DNA from: Promethearchaeota archaeon
GTDB lineage: Archaea > Asgardarchaeota > Lokiarchaeia > Sigyniarchaeales > SOKP01
Length of the DNA stretch: 64,000 bases
NCBI GenBank assembly: GCA_030599585.1
Contig: JAUVNS010000008.1
Coordinates: 9,628 to 73,627 of the forward strand
Direction: 5' to 3'
Made by a program: the position numbers and the translations under genes. Position 1 is the stretch's first letter. Each line of letters starts with the position of its first letter. Below, piece by piece: positions 27,349 through 36,877 of the stretch. A model generated the notes under the pieces. The model was not told the origin of the DNA. It saw nothing but the letters and a program-made list of their open reading frames with translations, and ran no database searches.

Positions 27349-28500
27349 ATGGGAATAAAAACAACTCTTAAGCTTGTCGATATGAATATGGCAAAAGTAT
27401 TTGCACCTTGGATACTGCGCCATCCTAAGTACTTTTTAGTATTCAAGAAATTAGTAAAATCTTTTAAGAAATCGTTAGTATTGAGAAACAAAGCTAAAGA
27501 AGAAGGCTATTTAGTTCCACCCTTTATGATTCTAAGCATTACTAAGCAATGTAATCTCCATTGTGTTGGATGTTACGCGGCTGAGGTTGGCACGTTAGAT
27601 ATCGAATCGAGTTCGCAGTTAAAAATCGATGAGTGGAGAAGTATTATCAAAGAAGCAAATGATTTGGGAGTATTTGCTTATATTATCGGGGGAGGAGAAC
27701 CTTTCCTATTTCCAGGATTATTAGAGCTAAGTAAAGAATTTAGTGAAAGACTATTTATTATATTCACAAATGGGACTGCTATCAAGGAAGACGATTTCAA
27801 AGTTTTAAAAAAGCTGAAGAACACTGCAGTAATAGTGAGTTTAGAAGGAGATCGCGAAGCAACGGACTTTAGGAGAGGTAAAGGTGTGTATGAGAAAGCA
27901 CTTACTACTTTAAAGCGTTTAAACAAAATTGGAGTATTAAATGGGATATCCGTTACCATAAATGGTTTAAACTACGAACACTGGATGAATCCGCAACTCA
28001 TCGATTCATTGATTAAAAAAGGGATCCGCATTGGGTTCTTTTTAGAATACATTCCCTCAAAAAAGGATATAACCTCTTCTCTTATGCTGACTGAACAAGA
28101 AAGAAAAGCATTTCGAGCAAAAATCTTGGAATATCGATCAAATAAACGAATTTATTTAATCCATTCTCCTGGAGATGAAGAACTTCTAGGTGGTTGTGTG
28201 TCCGCTGGTCGAGGTTTTGCTCATATTACGCCATCAGGAGATTTAACGCCATGTCCCGTTTCTAATATTGCCTCTCATAATCTCAAAACCTCCACACTAG
28301 AAGAAGGCTTAAAGAGCCGATTGTTTAAAGTAATTAGGGAAAATGAGCATTTATTAGAAACCGAAGGTGTACCCTGTGCTCTTTTCGCTCACAAGGAAGA
28401 AGTAGAAGAACTAGCCTTATCCGTTGGAGGTTATGTCATAAACAATAAAGAAAAGTTAATTGAAATAAAACAAGTTAAAAAATCTCAAAAAGTCTCTTAA
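27349..28500 (+). CDS. Radical SAM enzyme with C-terminal Cys-containing (twitch/partial-SPASM-like) extension
   Basis: CNLHCVGCYA (CxxxCxxC), GGGEP glycine motif. C-terminal GGCVSAGRGFAHITPSGDLTPCPV and GVPC. Confidence 0.8.
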   Translation: MGIKTTLKLVDMNMAKVFAPWILRHPKYFLVFKKLVKSFKKSLVLRNKAKEEGYLVPPFMILSITKQCNLHCVGCYAAEVGTLDIESSSQLKIDEWRSIIKEANDLGVFAYIIGGGEPFLFPGLLELSKEFSERLFIIFTNGTAIKEDDFKVLKKLKNTAVIVSLEGDREATDFRRGKGVYEKALTTLKRLNKIGVLNGISVTINGLNYEHWMNPQLIDSLIKKGIRIGFFLEYIPSKKDITSSLMLTEQERKAFRAKILEYRSNKRIYLIHSPGDEELLGGCVSAGRGFAHITPSGDLTPCPVSNIASHNLKTSTLEEGLKSRLFKVIRENEHLLETEGVPCALFAHKEEVEELALSVGGYVINNKEKLIEIKQVKKSQKVS

Positions 28501-28581
28501 CATCTTTATATTACGCTTTTTCTAAGCATTTTAATAGGTTCCTACTTGTCAAAAAAAAAAAAGATAAGTTTATTTTTTAAT

Positions 28582-28896
28582 TTATTCTGGTGGCTTGAGC
28601 CCTAGCACATCCAATGCTTCTACAATTGAGGACATGATTTCGATCTGATATTTATAACCTTCAATACCTTTCGCTATAAAAATTACGGTATTATTGAGTT
28701 GGGCAAGATATTCATTAAGTTTCCCTTCTTTAATTTCAGATGCACTAACACTTTTGTATCCCTCTTTAGTTGCAGAAATAGCATTATTTAGGAGTTGTTT
28801 AGAAAGTGATTTATCTTCTGGAAACTTTTTTGAAGCTTCAAGGAACAGTTTTCCCGCCTCAGAGGCTTTAGCATGAGGGATCCATACTGTAGTCAT
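28582..28896 (-). CDS. Hypothetical small protein
   Basis: About 104-aa ORF (MTTVWIPHAKASEAGKLF...), isolated by clean intergenic regions. No family recognised. Confidence 0.4.
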   Translation of the reverse strand: MTTVWIPHAKASEAGKLFLEASKKFPEDKSLSKQLLNNAISATKEGYKSVSASEIKEGKLNEYLAQLNNTVIFIAKGIEGYKYQIEIMSSIVEALDVLGLKPPE

Positions 28897-29064
28897 AACT
28901 ATTACCATCTATATCACCTTGATTAATTTTTATTTAATTGGAATCGCATCATTTTTTGACAAAAATGACAATTTTTATATGTGTTTTATCTATATAAAAA
29001 TATTGTTGCGATTTCAGAAAAATTAAAGAAAATTATCAGTTATATACGGCTCTCTTTAATAGGT

Positions 29065-30174
29065 TCATTCAATACAACCAGAATTTACTATTGAATTATA
29101 ATTTTCTTTAGTTTTCTTTGAATTATGCCCTGAACAAACCATTTGACAAAAACCACAACTCGCTCTAAAATCTTCTGCGGCTTTATCATTACGACCTAAA
29201 AAAGAATTTTCAACCAGTCTATATACATTTTCAGCTTCATCGCCACCCTTCTCAACAGCTTTAGCAAACATATTTTGAACGTAACTTGCAACAGTATCAT
29301 CAAGAGGAAGTCGCTCTATATCGTCGAAGCGAAAGGGTGACCATGTTGACCATTCTTTAAACTTATTTTGTCCGGACATACCGCTACAAACAGCAATACA
29401 ATAGGCATAATTATTTCGTTTAGCTATAGTTTCTTCAATTCCTGCAATATTAATGATTTCTTCATCATCTTTTGCAAAAAGCCCTCCTTGACACGATTTT
29501 TCGCAGAGTTTACAATTGGAACATGGATTTTCTTCCAAAGGGGTATCTGTTTTTAATTTAACAGTCGTAATAATCGAATTTAATAATACCCTTGCTCCAT
29601 AATTTTCAGTGATTAAATTTCCACTCCATCCAATCCTTCCCACTCCCGCAGCTACAGCGACACATCTATGCGATAGCGATGGCACAAGATTCATAGGCGT
29701 TTTTCTTAAGCCACCCAACATCAATTTTTTTAATGAAGAAAGTGTTTTCTTTTCTCTTTCTGTTAGTTCCACGCTCTCATCTCTCTCTTTGTTTATTAGA
29801 TCAATCAATGTTCTTAGAGTAGAAACTATAATTTTACCTTTAGTACCAATATTTCTATAATCGTAATTACAATCGCAATTATACGCTTCAAAACCTTTTT
29901 CCTCGAGAAATAGTTTAATTTTTTCAGCTATTTTTTTCAGCTTCTTAGTAATAAGACCTTCTTCAAGCATTAGGGGCTTATGTTCTTCTTTAGAAAGATA
30001 TTTTTTTACTGCCTCATCACTAAATTTCATAGCAATACTTATTACAGATTGAGCTCCGGGTAATAAAAAGTTCGGGTCAGAAAAATCTTTATCTTTAATA
30101 CTATCGGCAGAGCAAATACCTACCAAATCCGCACCAGCTTCTAAAGCTAGCTTTTTAATTTCATCTTCAATCAT
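29065..30174 (-). CDS. Fe-S protein, epoxyqueuosine-reductase (QueG)/reductive-dehalogenase-like family
   Basis: AVAAGVGRIGWSGNLIT...GARVLL core followed by CSNCKLCEKSC. Extra C-terminal CGFCQMVC and NSGC motifs. Confidence 0.6.
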   Translation of the reverse strand: MIEDEIKKLALEAGADLVGICSADSIKDKDFSDPNFLLPGAQSVISIAMKFSDEAVKKYLSKEEHKPLMLEEGLITKKLKKIAEKIKLFLEEKGFEAYNCDCNYDYRNIGTKGKIIVSTLRTLIDLINKERDESVELTEREKKTLSSLKKLMLGGLRKTPMNLVPSLSHRCVAVAAGVGRIGWSGNLITENYGARVLLNSIITTVKLKTDTPLEENPCSNCKLCEKSCQGGLFAKDDEEIINIAGIEETIAKRNNYAYCIAVCSGMSGQNKFKEWSTWSPFRFDDIERLPLDDTVASYVQNMFAKAVEKGGDEAENVYRLVENSFLGRNDKAAEDFRASCGFCQMVCSGHNSKKTKENYNSIVNSGCIE

Positions 30175-30241
30175 TATAACTCACATAATGTAATTAAACA
30201 AACGATATAAAATAATAATAATATTACCCCATTTTAATAAA

Positions 30242-31747
30242 TTAGCTACTTGCTTGCCTTCTTGGAATTTTTGATTGAGCTTTTAAATTTTCATGTAAAA
30301 GCTTAGTTACTAGTCTTTCCTTTAAATCTCTATCCTTATCCCACAAATTATTTAATTCATCGGGGTCATTTATACGATCATAAATATCGCCAGCATCTTC
30401 TAAACCTGCGTATACTGTAATTTTATGAGTTTCTGTAATTAAATGCCTTAGGCGTATCGTTAATGATCCAAATTCTTCATCTTCCTCTACTAAGCAGCTA
30501 TCTCTTACTTTTTCCTCGGGATTTTTCAGTACCGGTGTAAGATCAACTCCTTGAATAAATGGAGAATGAAGTCGGCCACGAATGTTTGTTAAATGTAAGA
30601 TTGTTTTTGCAAAATCAATCGAGCTAGCTAAAGAATTTGAGATACTTCCAGGTCTAGTTATTCCTGGAACTCTCATAATCAAAGGAACATTTAAAACCCC
30701 AGTAAAGGGCGAAGGTCCTTTATAAATCATTCCGTGATCTCCCATTAAATCCCCATGATCACTAGTATAAATTACTATTGTGTTTTCTGCATATCCTAAT
30801 TTTTCTAAACTTGCGAGAATTTTTCCAATAGCATTATCAATTAATGAAATTGAACCATAGGTTAAGCGGATAAATTCCTTTACTTCATTTTCATCAGATT
30901 CTCGAATCATAGCTCCACGAAAAAGTGGATTTTTTATTAATGGGCCTAAAAACTTATGGTTATATATATTTTTAATATCAGAAAAGGTAGAAGGGAGATT
31001 AATCTCATCAGATTTGTACATATCCTTATATTTACCTGGAGGACAGACGGGATGATGAGGATCTGGGATGGAACAACAGAGAAAGAATGGTTTTTCTCCA
31101 AATTCTCCTTTTGAATGTTTTTCTAAAAATTTTATGGTTCTCTCTTGACAATATGTAGTTGGATAATGCTCAACAGCCATATCGCTATCATAATAGACTT
31201 GGTCAAAGAATTTCAATGTTAGTCTTTTACGCATCCACCCTGTTGCTCCTGGACGTAATTCTTCTAACCAATCTAAATAATGTCCACCACATAAGTCACC
31301 ATGACCTAAAGTAATTTCACATTCTTCAAATCCATAATATGGTTTAGGAAAGTTTTCTTTTGCGCCCTTTGATGTTTTTTTACTCATCCAGTCTGCTATC
31401 ATTTCGACAGATTTTGTTTTTCGCTTAAAAGGGGGGATATAAAATTGTAGATGCATTTTACCAACATTATGAGTAATATATCCACTCTTTCGCATAGCTT
31501 CAACAAAGGTTTCAACGGTATCTGGTAAATTTATGCCATTGCTTCGGCAACCATGAACGTTAGGATAAACTCCCGTAAAAATAGACGATCTATTTGGCAT
31601 ACACATTGGATTAGCGCAAAAAGCATTTGTAAATCTAATCCCTTCTTTAGCCAGTCTATCAAGGTTAGGGGTTTTCACAACAGGATTCCCTGAACAGCTC
31701 ATATGATCAGCTCGATGCTGATCTGTCATAATAAATAAGACATTCAT
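30242..31747 (-). CDS. Cys-type sulfatase (arylsulfatase/alkaline-phosphatase superfamily)
   Basis: NVLFIMTDQHRADH metal site, formylglycine motif CMPNRSSIFTG (C-x-P-x-R), YTSDHGD. No signal peptide. Confidence 0.9.
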   Translation of the reverse strand: MNVLFIMTDQHRADHMSCSGNPVVKTPNLDRLAKEGIRFTNAFCANPMCMPNRSSIFTGVYPNVHGCRSNGINLPDTVETFVEAMRKSGYITHNVGKMHLQFYIPPFKRKTKSVEMIADWMSKKTSKGAKENFPKPYYGFEECEITLGHGDLCGGHYLDWLEELRPGATGWMRKRLTLKFFDQVYYDSDMAVEHYPTTYCQERTIKFLEKHSKGEFGEKPFFLCCSIPDPHHPVCPPGKYKDMYKSDEINLPSTFSDIKNIYNHKFLGPLIKNPLFRGAMIRESDENEVKEFIRLTYGSISLIDNAIGKILASLEKLGYAENTIVIYTSDHGDLMGDHGMIYKGPSPFTGVLNVPLIMRVPGITRPGSISNSLASSIDFAKTILHLTNIRGRLHSPFIQGVDLTPVLKNPEEKVRDSCLVEEDEEFGSLTIRLRHLITETHKITVYAGLEDAGDIYDRINDPDELNNLWDKDRDLKERLVTKLLHENLKAQSKIPRRQASS

Positions 31748-31780
31748 GTTTTTAGTTATTTTTATCCACTCTCTTGTTTT

Positions 31781-32959
31781 TTAGGGCATCATTCCAGTTG
31801 AGCTAGATTTTCTCCTTATTCTATTCTTATAATCTTTTCTATACCATCTTTGTCTCTTCAGTGGCATTTTTTCAAACTCTTCCTTTGCTTTATCTGGAGG
31901 GAATACTTCTAAAGTGCCATCTTCTCTCTGAATAACACAACCAGAATTAACAAGTGTTTTATAGTTTTTTGCAGTCTCTTTAGGATCTCCCCAACATATT
32001 ATTTGGCAATTACCACATGAAAGCTGAACTACATCGTTCTTAGTCTCTTCTGTTGGTAGTGAAGACGCGCCTTTACCTCCAGAAAATGAGGCTGGAATGT
32101 ATCCTTTTGAAGAATCTTTAATTAAAGGTCTTTTCCTCTGACCAGCCATAGCTGCGGTTAAAACTCTTGTTACTTCCATCGGATTTTCTGGATAGTCGTA
32201 TCGTCCTGGAGAGAATGTTGAAAATTTTCCGGATTTATGTAATCCATTAAATCCACCACATGTTAGAACACATCGTAATTTATTTATACGCTTCGAATAA
32301 GAAAATGTCTGACCTCCAAGAGTAACTTCTACTTTTTCATCAGGAGAAAACATCTGAAATGCACAAACTTTTGTGCAGATTTTACACTCATCACAAAATG
32401 AATCTGATTCTGGTATAGGATCTGTAGGTTCAAGTTTCGCATTAGTTATTGTTCCTCCTAAAATTATTACTGTACCATATCCTTTTATTCCTACATTACC
32501 TGACCAACCAAATGAGGCAACTCCAGATCGTACAGCAAGATATCTTAATGAAATCTCCGGAGGTAAGGTTACACTCCAACTCGGATCATCCTCTCTATAC
32601 TTATTATTTGCTATAACGCTTGCTGCTTCATATCCCTTTTCCACTAAGAATTTAGCTATTGTTCTAGACATACTACTTGACTTAATATTTACTTCGATGT
32701 TATCCTTTTCATGATCTCCCCTCGCATTAGAATGTGTCTTTCCTAAATAAGGTCGGATTAAATCCATCTGCATTGGAATTGCCCAACAAACTGCACTTTC
32801 AGCACTCGGAAGCAAATATTTCAAGTTAGCTCCTTCTGGACCACCCGCTAATGTTTCAAGAGTCACAAAACCAACTCTGAAAGCCCCTAATTCTTTTAAT
32901 TTTTGTTCAAGTTCTTCATTTAAAGTTATGATTATAATTTCACCTTTATTTTTAAGCAA
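31781..32959 (-). CDS. Fe-S protein, QueG/RDH-like; paralog of 29065-30174
   Basis: AVRSGVASFGWSGNVGI...GTVIIL, CDECKICTKVC, C-terminal CGNCQIIC and NSGC. TTG start, no in-frame ATG near the N-terminus. Confidence 0.6.
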   Translation of the reverse strand: MLKNKGEIIIITLNEELEQKLKELGAFRVGFVTLETLAGGPEGANLKYLLPSAESAVCWAIPMQMDLIRPYLGKTHSNARGDHEKDNIEVNIKSSSMSRTIAKFLVEKGYEAASVIANNKYREDDPSWSVTLPPEISLRYLAVRSGVASFGWSGNVGIKGYGTVIILGGTITNAKLEPTDPIPESDSFCDECKICTKVCAFQMFSPDEKVEVTLGGQTFSYSKRINKLRCVLTCGGFNGLHKSGKFSTFSPGRYDYPENPMEVTRVLTAAMAGQRKRPLIKDSSKGYIPASFSGGKGASSLPTEETKNDVVQLSCGNCQIICWGDPKETAKNYKTLVNSGCVIQREDGTLEVFPPDKAKEEFEKMPLKRQRWYRKDYKNRIRRKSSSTGMMP

Positions 32960-33261
32960 ATTGAATGAATTAGACCATATTTTTTAATATTTTTAAATCG
33001 GTTTACCTTGAGCGTCCCATCTATTTCTCGCGTGAAGATCGCAGTTGCTAAACCCATTCCTCCGATTAAAGATATTTCATCTTCATTAATGTAATCTTCA
33101 TGTTCAATGTTTTTTGTTTCTAAATCTATTCTTAAAATTTTTGCGATTTTTTTAACTAATTTTTGCTTTTATTTGATTATACTAAGTTCCATCTACATGT
33201 TATTTATAGGTTTTCCTCGTGATTATGATGAGCTCAAAGATATAAAAATTCTGAGTTTAAA

Positions 33262-34152
33262 TCACTTTTTAGCAGGAGAAGCATAGCAATAACCACAGTT
33301 ATGTCTACATCGAAATATACCTATATATCCACCTATATCTTTAGATTTAGAGCATCCGCAACCTTTTCTTTGTCCTGTATCTTTTATTTTTTGAATTTTC
33401 TCTCCTATTAATTTCTCAATTTTATTGGCGTCTATACAATGAGCTTGTTTTATTCCCGCAGTGTCAATTAAATCTGGTTGACAACAAGCTTCCATTTGCA
33501 TATTGTATTTATCACAAATTTCTAGTAGAGAGTCGAGAATTTCTTTTTTCTTATTTAAAGGGGGATCAACGGGGATAAAACCTCTCTTTTGCAAGCGATT
33601 ATTTACTTTTGAATAGAATGTCGCAAAAGAAAATATCATTTCCTTCAATCCAAGAGCAGAAACCCTTTCTATAATATATTCGAATTTATCTAGATTACTT
33701 CTTATACTTTTTTCATCTTTCCTTTTGTATAAAATGATAGGGTCAAATCGAAAACTGATAGCATTTGATCCAAACTCCTTGATCAACCAATTTAATTGAG
33801 AAAATCTCTCTTCTAAGGAAATCTTAAGATTTTGCTCTAATTCAGAAGGCGAGTTAATTGTAAATTGAAAATAGTGCCCCTTATACGCTCTGAAGATTTG
33901 AGTGTTTTTTTTATAGGTTTTTATCCATTCTTTAAAGTTCTTACTCCACCACACCCAACATTTTACATTTTCTGGTGATAATAATACTCTGGATACTTGC
34001 TTTCGATTGAACGGATTAATTACATCCACATAGCCGATGTGAATTTTTTCCATTACCCAATCCATCAGGAACGCTGGTATATCTGTTCTACGAGAGCATG
34101 ATATTATTGGAGCTTGTATAATTTTACTGAAATTATTTGATTTAGTTTCCAT
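33262..34152 (-). CDS. DUF1848-domain protein
   Basis: ISCSRRTDIPAF...GYVDVINPFN...WWSKN at the N-terminus and GCGCSKSKDIGGY...CRHNCGYCYA at the C-terminus match the DUF1848 hallmark blocks as I recall them. Confidence 0.8.
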   Translation of the reverse strand: METKSNNFSKIIQAPIISCSRRTDIPAFLMDWVMEKIHIGYVDVINPFNRKQVSRVLLSPENVKCWVWWSKNFKEWIKTYKKNTQIFRAYKGHYFQFTINSPSELEQNLKISLEERFSQLNWLIKEFGSNAISFRFDPIILYKRKDEKSIRSNLDKFEYIIERVSALGLKEMIFSFATFYSKVNNRLQKRGFIPVDPPLNKKKEILDSLLEICDKYNMQMEACCQPDLIDTAGIKQAHCIDANKIEKLIGEKIQKIKDTGQRKGCGCSKSKDIGGYIGIFRCRHNCGYCYASPAKK

Positions 34153-34173
34153 TCTTCACTTAAACTTTCTTTA

Positions 34174-35043
34174 TTAGACTAATACTCCTATAAGGTAAGA
34201 CAATACTCCTACCTGCATTATCACAAAGATAAGTTTTCGTAACTTTAAGGTATTTTCTTTTGTTTGATTTTTCAATAATGAGATTGATAAGAATACATAG
34301 GAAATCACTGGTATAAGAATAAGTATAAGAAATAGCGGATCCAAATACAAGCGAGAATCAATTAGAACAAAAAAGGGTAATGGATCCATAATTATTATTA
34401 TGAAATAAAAGACAACCGAAACCTTTGCTGCAGTTTTAATCCCAAATTTGTTTGGTATGGAATTAATACCTAATTCTTTATCACCTTCAATATCAGCTAT
34501 ATCAAACATGATTTCTGAACCTAAACCAACAATAAAACCCATGAAAGCAAAGTATATGATTATCGGTTCTAAAACTGCATCCGTAACAAGAGAACCAAAT
34601 AGAATAGTTCCAGCATAAGAATAAGCAATTAAAGCATTCTTTACTATTACCAATTTCTTTAGTCCCAAACTGTAGATATAAAAAGCCGGGATACTGATTA
34701 AAGCAAGAAATAACGCTACTCCATTTAGAAATAGAATCAGTAGAAGATTGAATATCATTAATATTATCACAATTATCAAAGCTGATTTTCTACTAAGTAA
34801 ACCTAATACCAAAGGTCGATCACTTCTATTATTTTTAATATCAATTTCATAATCAATGTAATCGTTTATCGCAAATGCTCCCGCTTCAGATACGAAGATA
34901 ATTAGAAACCCTACAATATATTCAAATTGAAATCCTATTAGATCTCCCGCAAGTATTCCGGAAACAAAAAAACCAATTGTCCCAAATACACATAATTCTA
35001 TTCTAATTAATTTTAAAAATCCGATTATTTTTTCTTTAAACAT
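34174..35043 (-). CDS. UbiA-family prenyltransferase (DGGGP-synthase-like)
   Basis: NDYIDYEIDIKNNRSDRPL (NDxxDxxxD) and a second Asp-rich motif DIADIEGDKELG. 8-9 TMs. ATG 35043 preferred over GTG 35052. Confidence 0.8.
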   Translation of the reverse strand: MFKEKIIGFLKLIRIELCVFGTIGFFVSGILAGDLIGFQFEYIVGFLIIFVSEAGAFAINDYIDYEIDIKNNRSDRPLVLGLLSRKSALIIVIILMIFNLLLILFLNGVALFLALISIPAFYIYSLGLKKLVIVKNALIAYSYAGTILFGSLVTDAVLEPIIIYFAFMGFIVGLGSEIMFDIADIEGDKELGINSIPNKFGIKTAAKVSVVFYFIIIIMDPLPFFVLIDSRLYLDPLFLILILIPVISYVFLSISLLKNQTKENTLKLRKLIFVIMQVGVLSYLIGVLV

Positions 35044-35227
35044 ATTAATCACTCATTAAGGGTCGTAGATATGTAGTAATCTAGAAATTTTTACTAGCGA
35101 AATAAACCTTTATATAATTTTTTATAAGTGAAGATTTGGAGCATTTCAGATATGTAATCTTAAAATACAGTTTTGTAAGAAGATTAACAAATTATAATTT
35201 GAATATAATAATAATTCTATTATAAAA

Positions 35228-36874
35228 ATGAATATCGTGGCTTCTAATATTATTTATTCAAAAAAGGTTGAATTTGTTCCTTTTAATAAAATTCGTAAAA
35301 TTCATGGTTCTCAAATCATTTCAACAGATTATCCTGCTTATCTTGTTGATGAAAGTAAATTGGAAGGAACTGCAGATTGGCTATTTTTTCCAAAATCAGA
35401 AGCAGAGATAATCTCAATTATTGATTATTTAAGAGAGAAAAAGATACCTGCATATATTAGTGCCGCTCGGACAGGAATTGTAGGCTCCAGTGTTCCTAAA
35501 TGTGGTTCAATTTTTTCTATTGAAAAAATGGATAAAATGCTGGGATTTGGATTTGATGAAAATAAAGGGAACTATTTTTGCCGATTCGAACCGGGCATTA
35601 CCTTAAAAGCAATTAACGATATAATCCTTAAGAAAGAAGTCGAAAGAGTTAAGGAGCTTACTCCAAACACTATTTCACGATTTATTGAAGAAAAAAAATC
35701 TTATTATTATCCCATGGATCCAACGGAAATGTCTGCTTCAATAAGCGGTACCGTAGCAACAAATGCTTCAGGGGCAGGAACATATAAATATGGTGCGACA
35801 AGGAAATGGGTTAAAAAAATTCGGGTTGCGTTATCAATTGGAGAAATTCTAGAAATTCAGAGAGGGAAATATTTCGCTTCAAATGATGGAACATTTATTG
35901 TAAAACTAACTGATGGAACCGATTTAGTTTTTAAAATCCCCTCCTACGAATTCAATACTAATGTGAAAAACACAGCAGGGATATATGCCAAACCGAATAT
36001 GGATCTTATTGATTTATTTATTGGAAGTGAAGGAATATTCGGTGTTATTACAGAAGTTGAGGTATGGATTATAGAGAAACGTCCATTAATCTCTAATGTT
36101 TTATTTTTTAATTCAGAGGATGATGCTCTTGATTTTGTAAAAAAAATCCGGAATAATCAAGCGGTCAATCCAGAATTCATAGAATATTTTTCAGGTGAAT
36201 CTTTGGATCTTCTCAGAAATGTTCAAATTAAAACCCCCGCTGTAATTAACATGCCACAAATCCCTTTTAAAGCAAGATCAGCATTATTTTTCGATCTTCC
36301 ATATTCCGAGGATAATTTAGTCTCCTACTTTAAAAAGATCGATAAAATGGCCAAACTATGCCATACAACATTGGAAACAAGTTGGTCGGGTTATGACAAT
36401 AGAGAATTTGCACGATTCAAGCATTTTAGACATGCTTTACCTGAAACTGTAAATTCCATTATTGTAGAACGTAAAAGGCAATATCCCGATTTACACAAAT
36501 TAGGCACAGATATGTGTGTTCCGGAAGAGAAATTTGGAGAGATGATGAAATTTTATCATTCTGTTTTACGGGAAGCAGCATTAGAGTATGTGATTTTTGG
36601 TCATATAGGTGATAATCATGTTCATCTTAATATTCTCCCAAAAAATACTGAAGAACTAGAACTCGGTCTTAAAATTTACGAACAATTTGCAAAAAAAGCG
36701 GTCGAGTACGGTGGAAGCGTTTCTGCTGAGCACGGAATTGGAAGAATAAAAGTGGATTTTTTAAAATTCATGTATGATGAGAAAGAAATTGAACAGATGC
36801 GGGCTGTTAAAAGAGCTCTCGATTCTCTATTAATGTTCAATTGTGGAAATATCTTTGAGATTAAGGGGGTGTAA
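35228..36874 (+). CDS. FAD-linked oxidase (GlcD / D-lactate dehydrogenase-like, FAD_binding_4 family)
   Basis: PCMH-type FAD domain (ARTGIVGSSVP, SGTVATNASGAG), C-terminal FGHIGDNHVHLNI and SAEHGIG motifs. Immediately followed by etfB/etfA. Confidence 0.8.
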   Translation: MNIVASNIIYSKKVEFVPFNKIRKIHGSQIISTDYPAYLVDESKLEGTADWLFFPKSEAEIISIIDYLREKKIPAYISAARTGIVGSSVPKCGSIFSIEKMDKMLGFGFDENKGNYFCRFEPGITLKAINDIILKKEVERVKELTPNTISRFIEEKKSYYYPMDPTEMSASISGTVATNASGAGTYKYGATRKWVKKIRVALSIGEILEIQRGKYFASNDGTFIVKLTDGTDLVFKIPSYEFNTNVKNTAGIYAKPNMDLIDLFIGSEGIFGVITEVEVWIIEKRPLISNVLFFNSEDDALDFVKKIRNNQAVNPEFIEYFSGESLDLLRNVQIKTPAVINMPQIPFKARSALFFDLPYSEDNLVSYFKKIDKMAKLCHTTLETSWSGYDNREFARFKHFRHALPETVNSIIVERKRQYPDLHKLGTDMCVPEEKFGEMMKFYHSVLREAALEYVIFGHIGDNHVHLNILPKNTEELELGLKIYEQFAKKAVEYGGSVSAEHGIGRIKVDFLKFMYDEKEIEQMRAVKRALDSLLMFNCGNIFEIKGV

Positions 36875-36877
36875 GAA

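Noticed and set aside
28949-28968. AT-rich palindrome TCATTTTT-TGAC-AAAAATGA in the spacer upstream of 28582-28896
   Set aside because: It is short and AT-only, so it is expected by chance in this composition. There is no second copy or associated regulator gene.
33224-33253. AUGAUGA ... CUGA pair upstream of the DUF1848 gene end
   Set aside because: Only about 19 nt separate the boxes and no second box pair is present. It is too short for a C/D sRNA.
32960-33260. Minus-strand reading frame ...KLVKKIAKILRIDLETKNIEHEDYINEDEISLIGGMGLATAIFTREIDGTLKV...
   Set aside because: It has no start codon after the upstream stop (only an internal Met giving a very short peptide). It is out of frame with the downstream Fe-S gene, and no family was recognised. 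It is possibly a gene remnant but cannot be supported.
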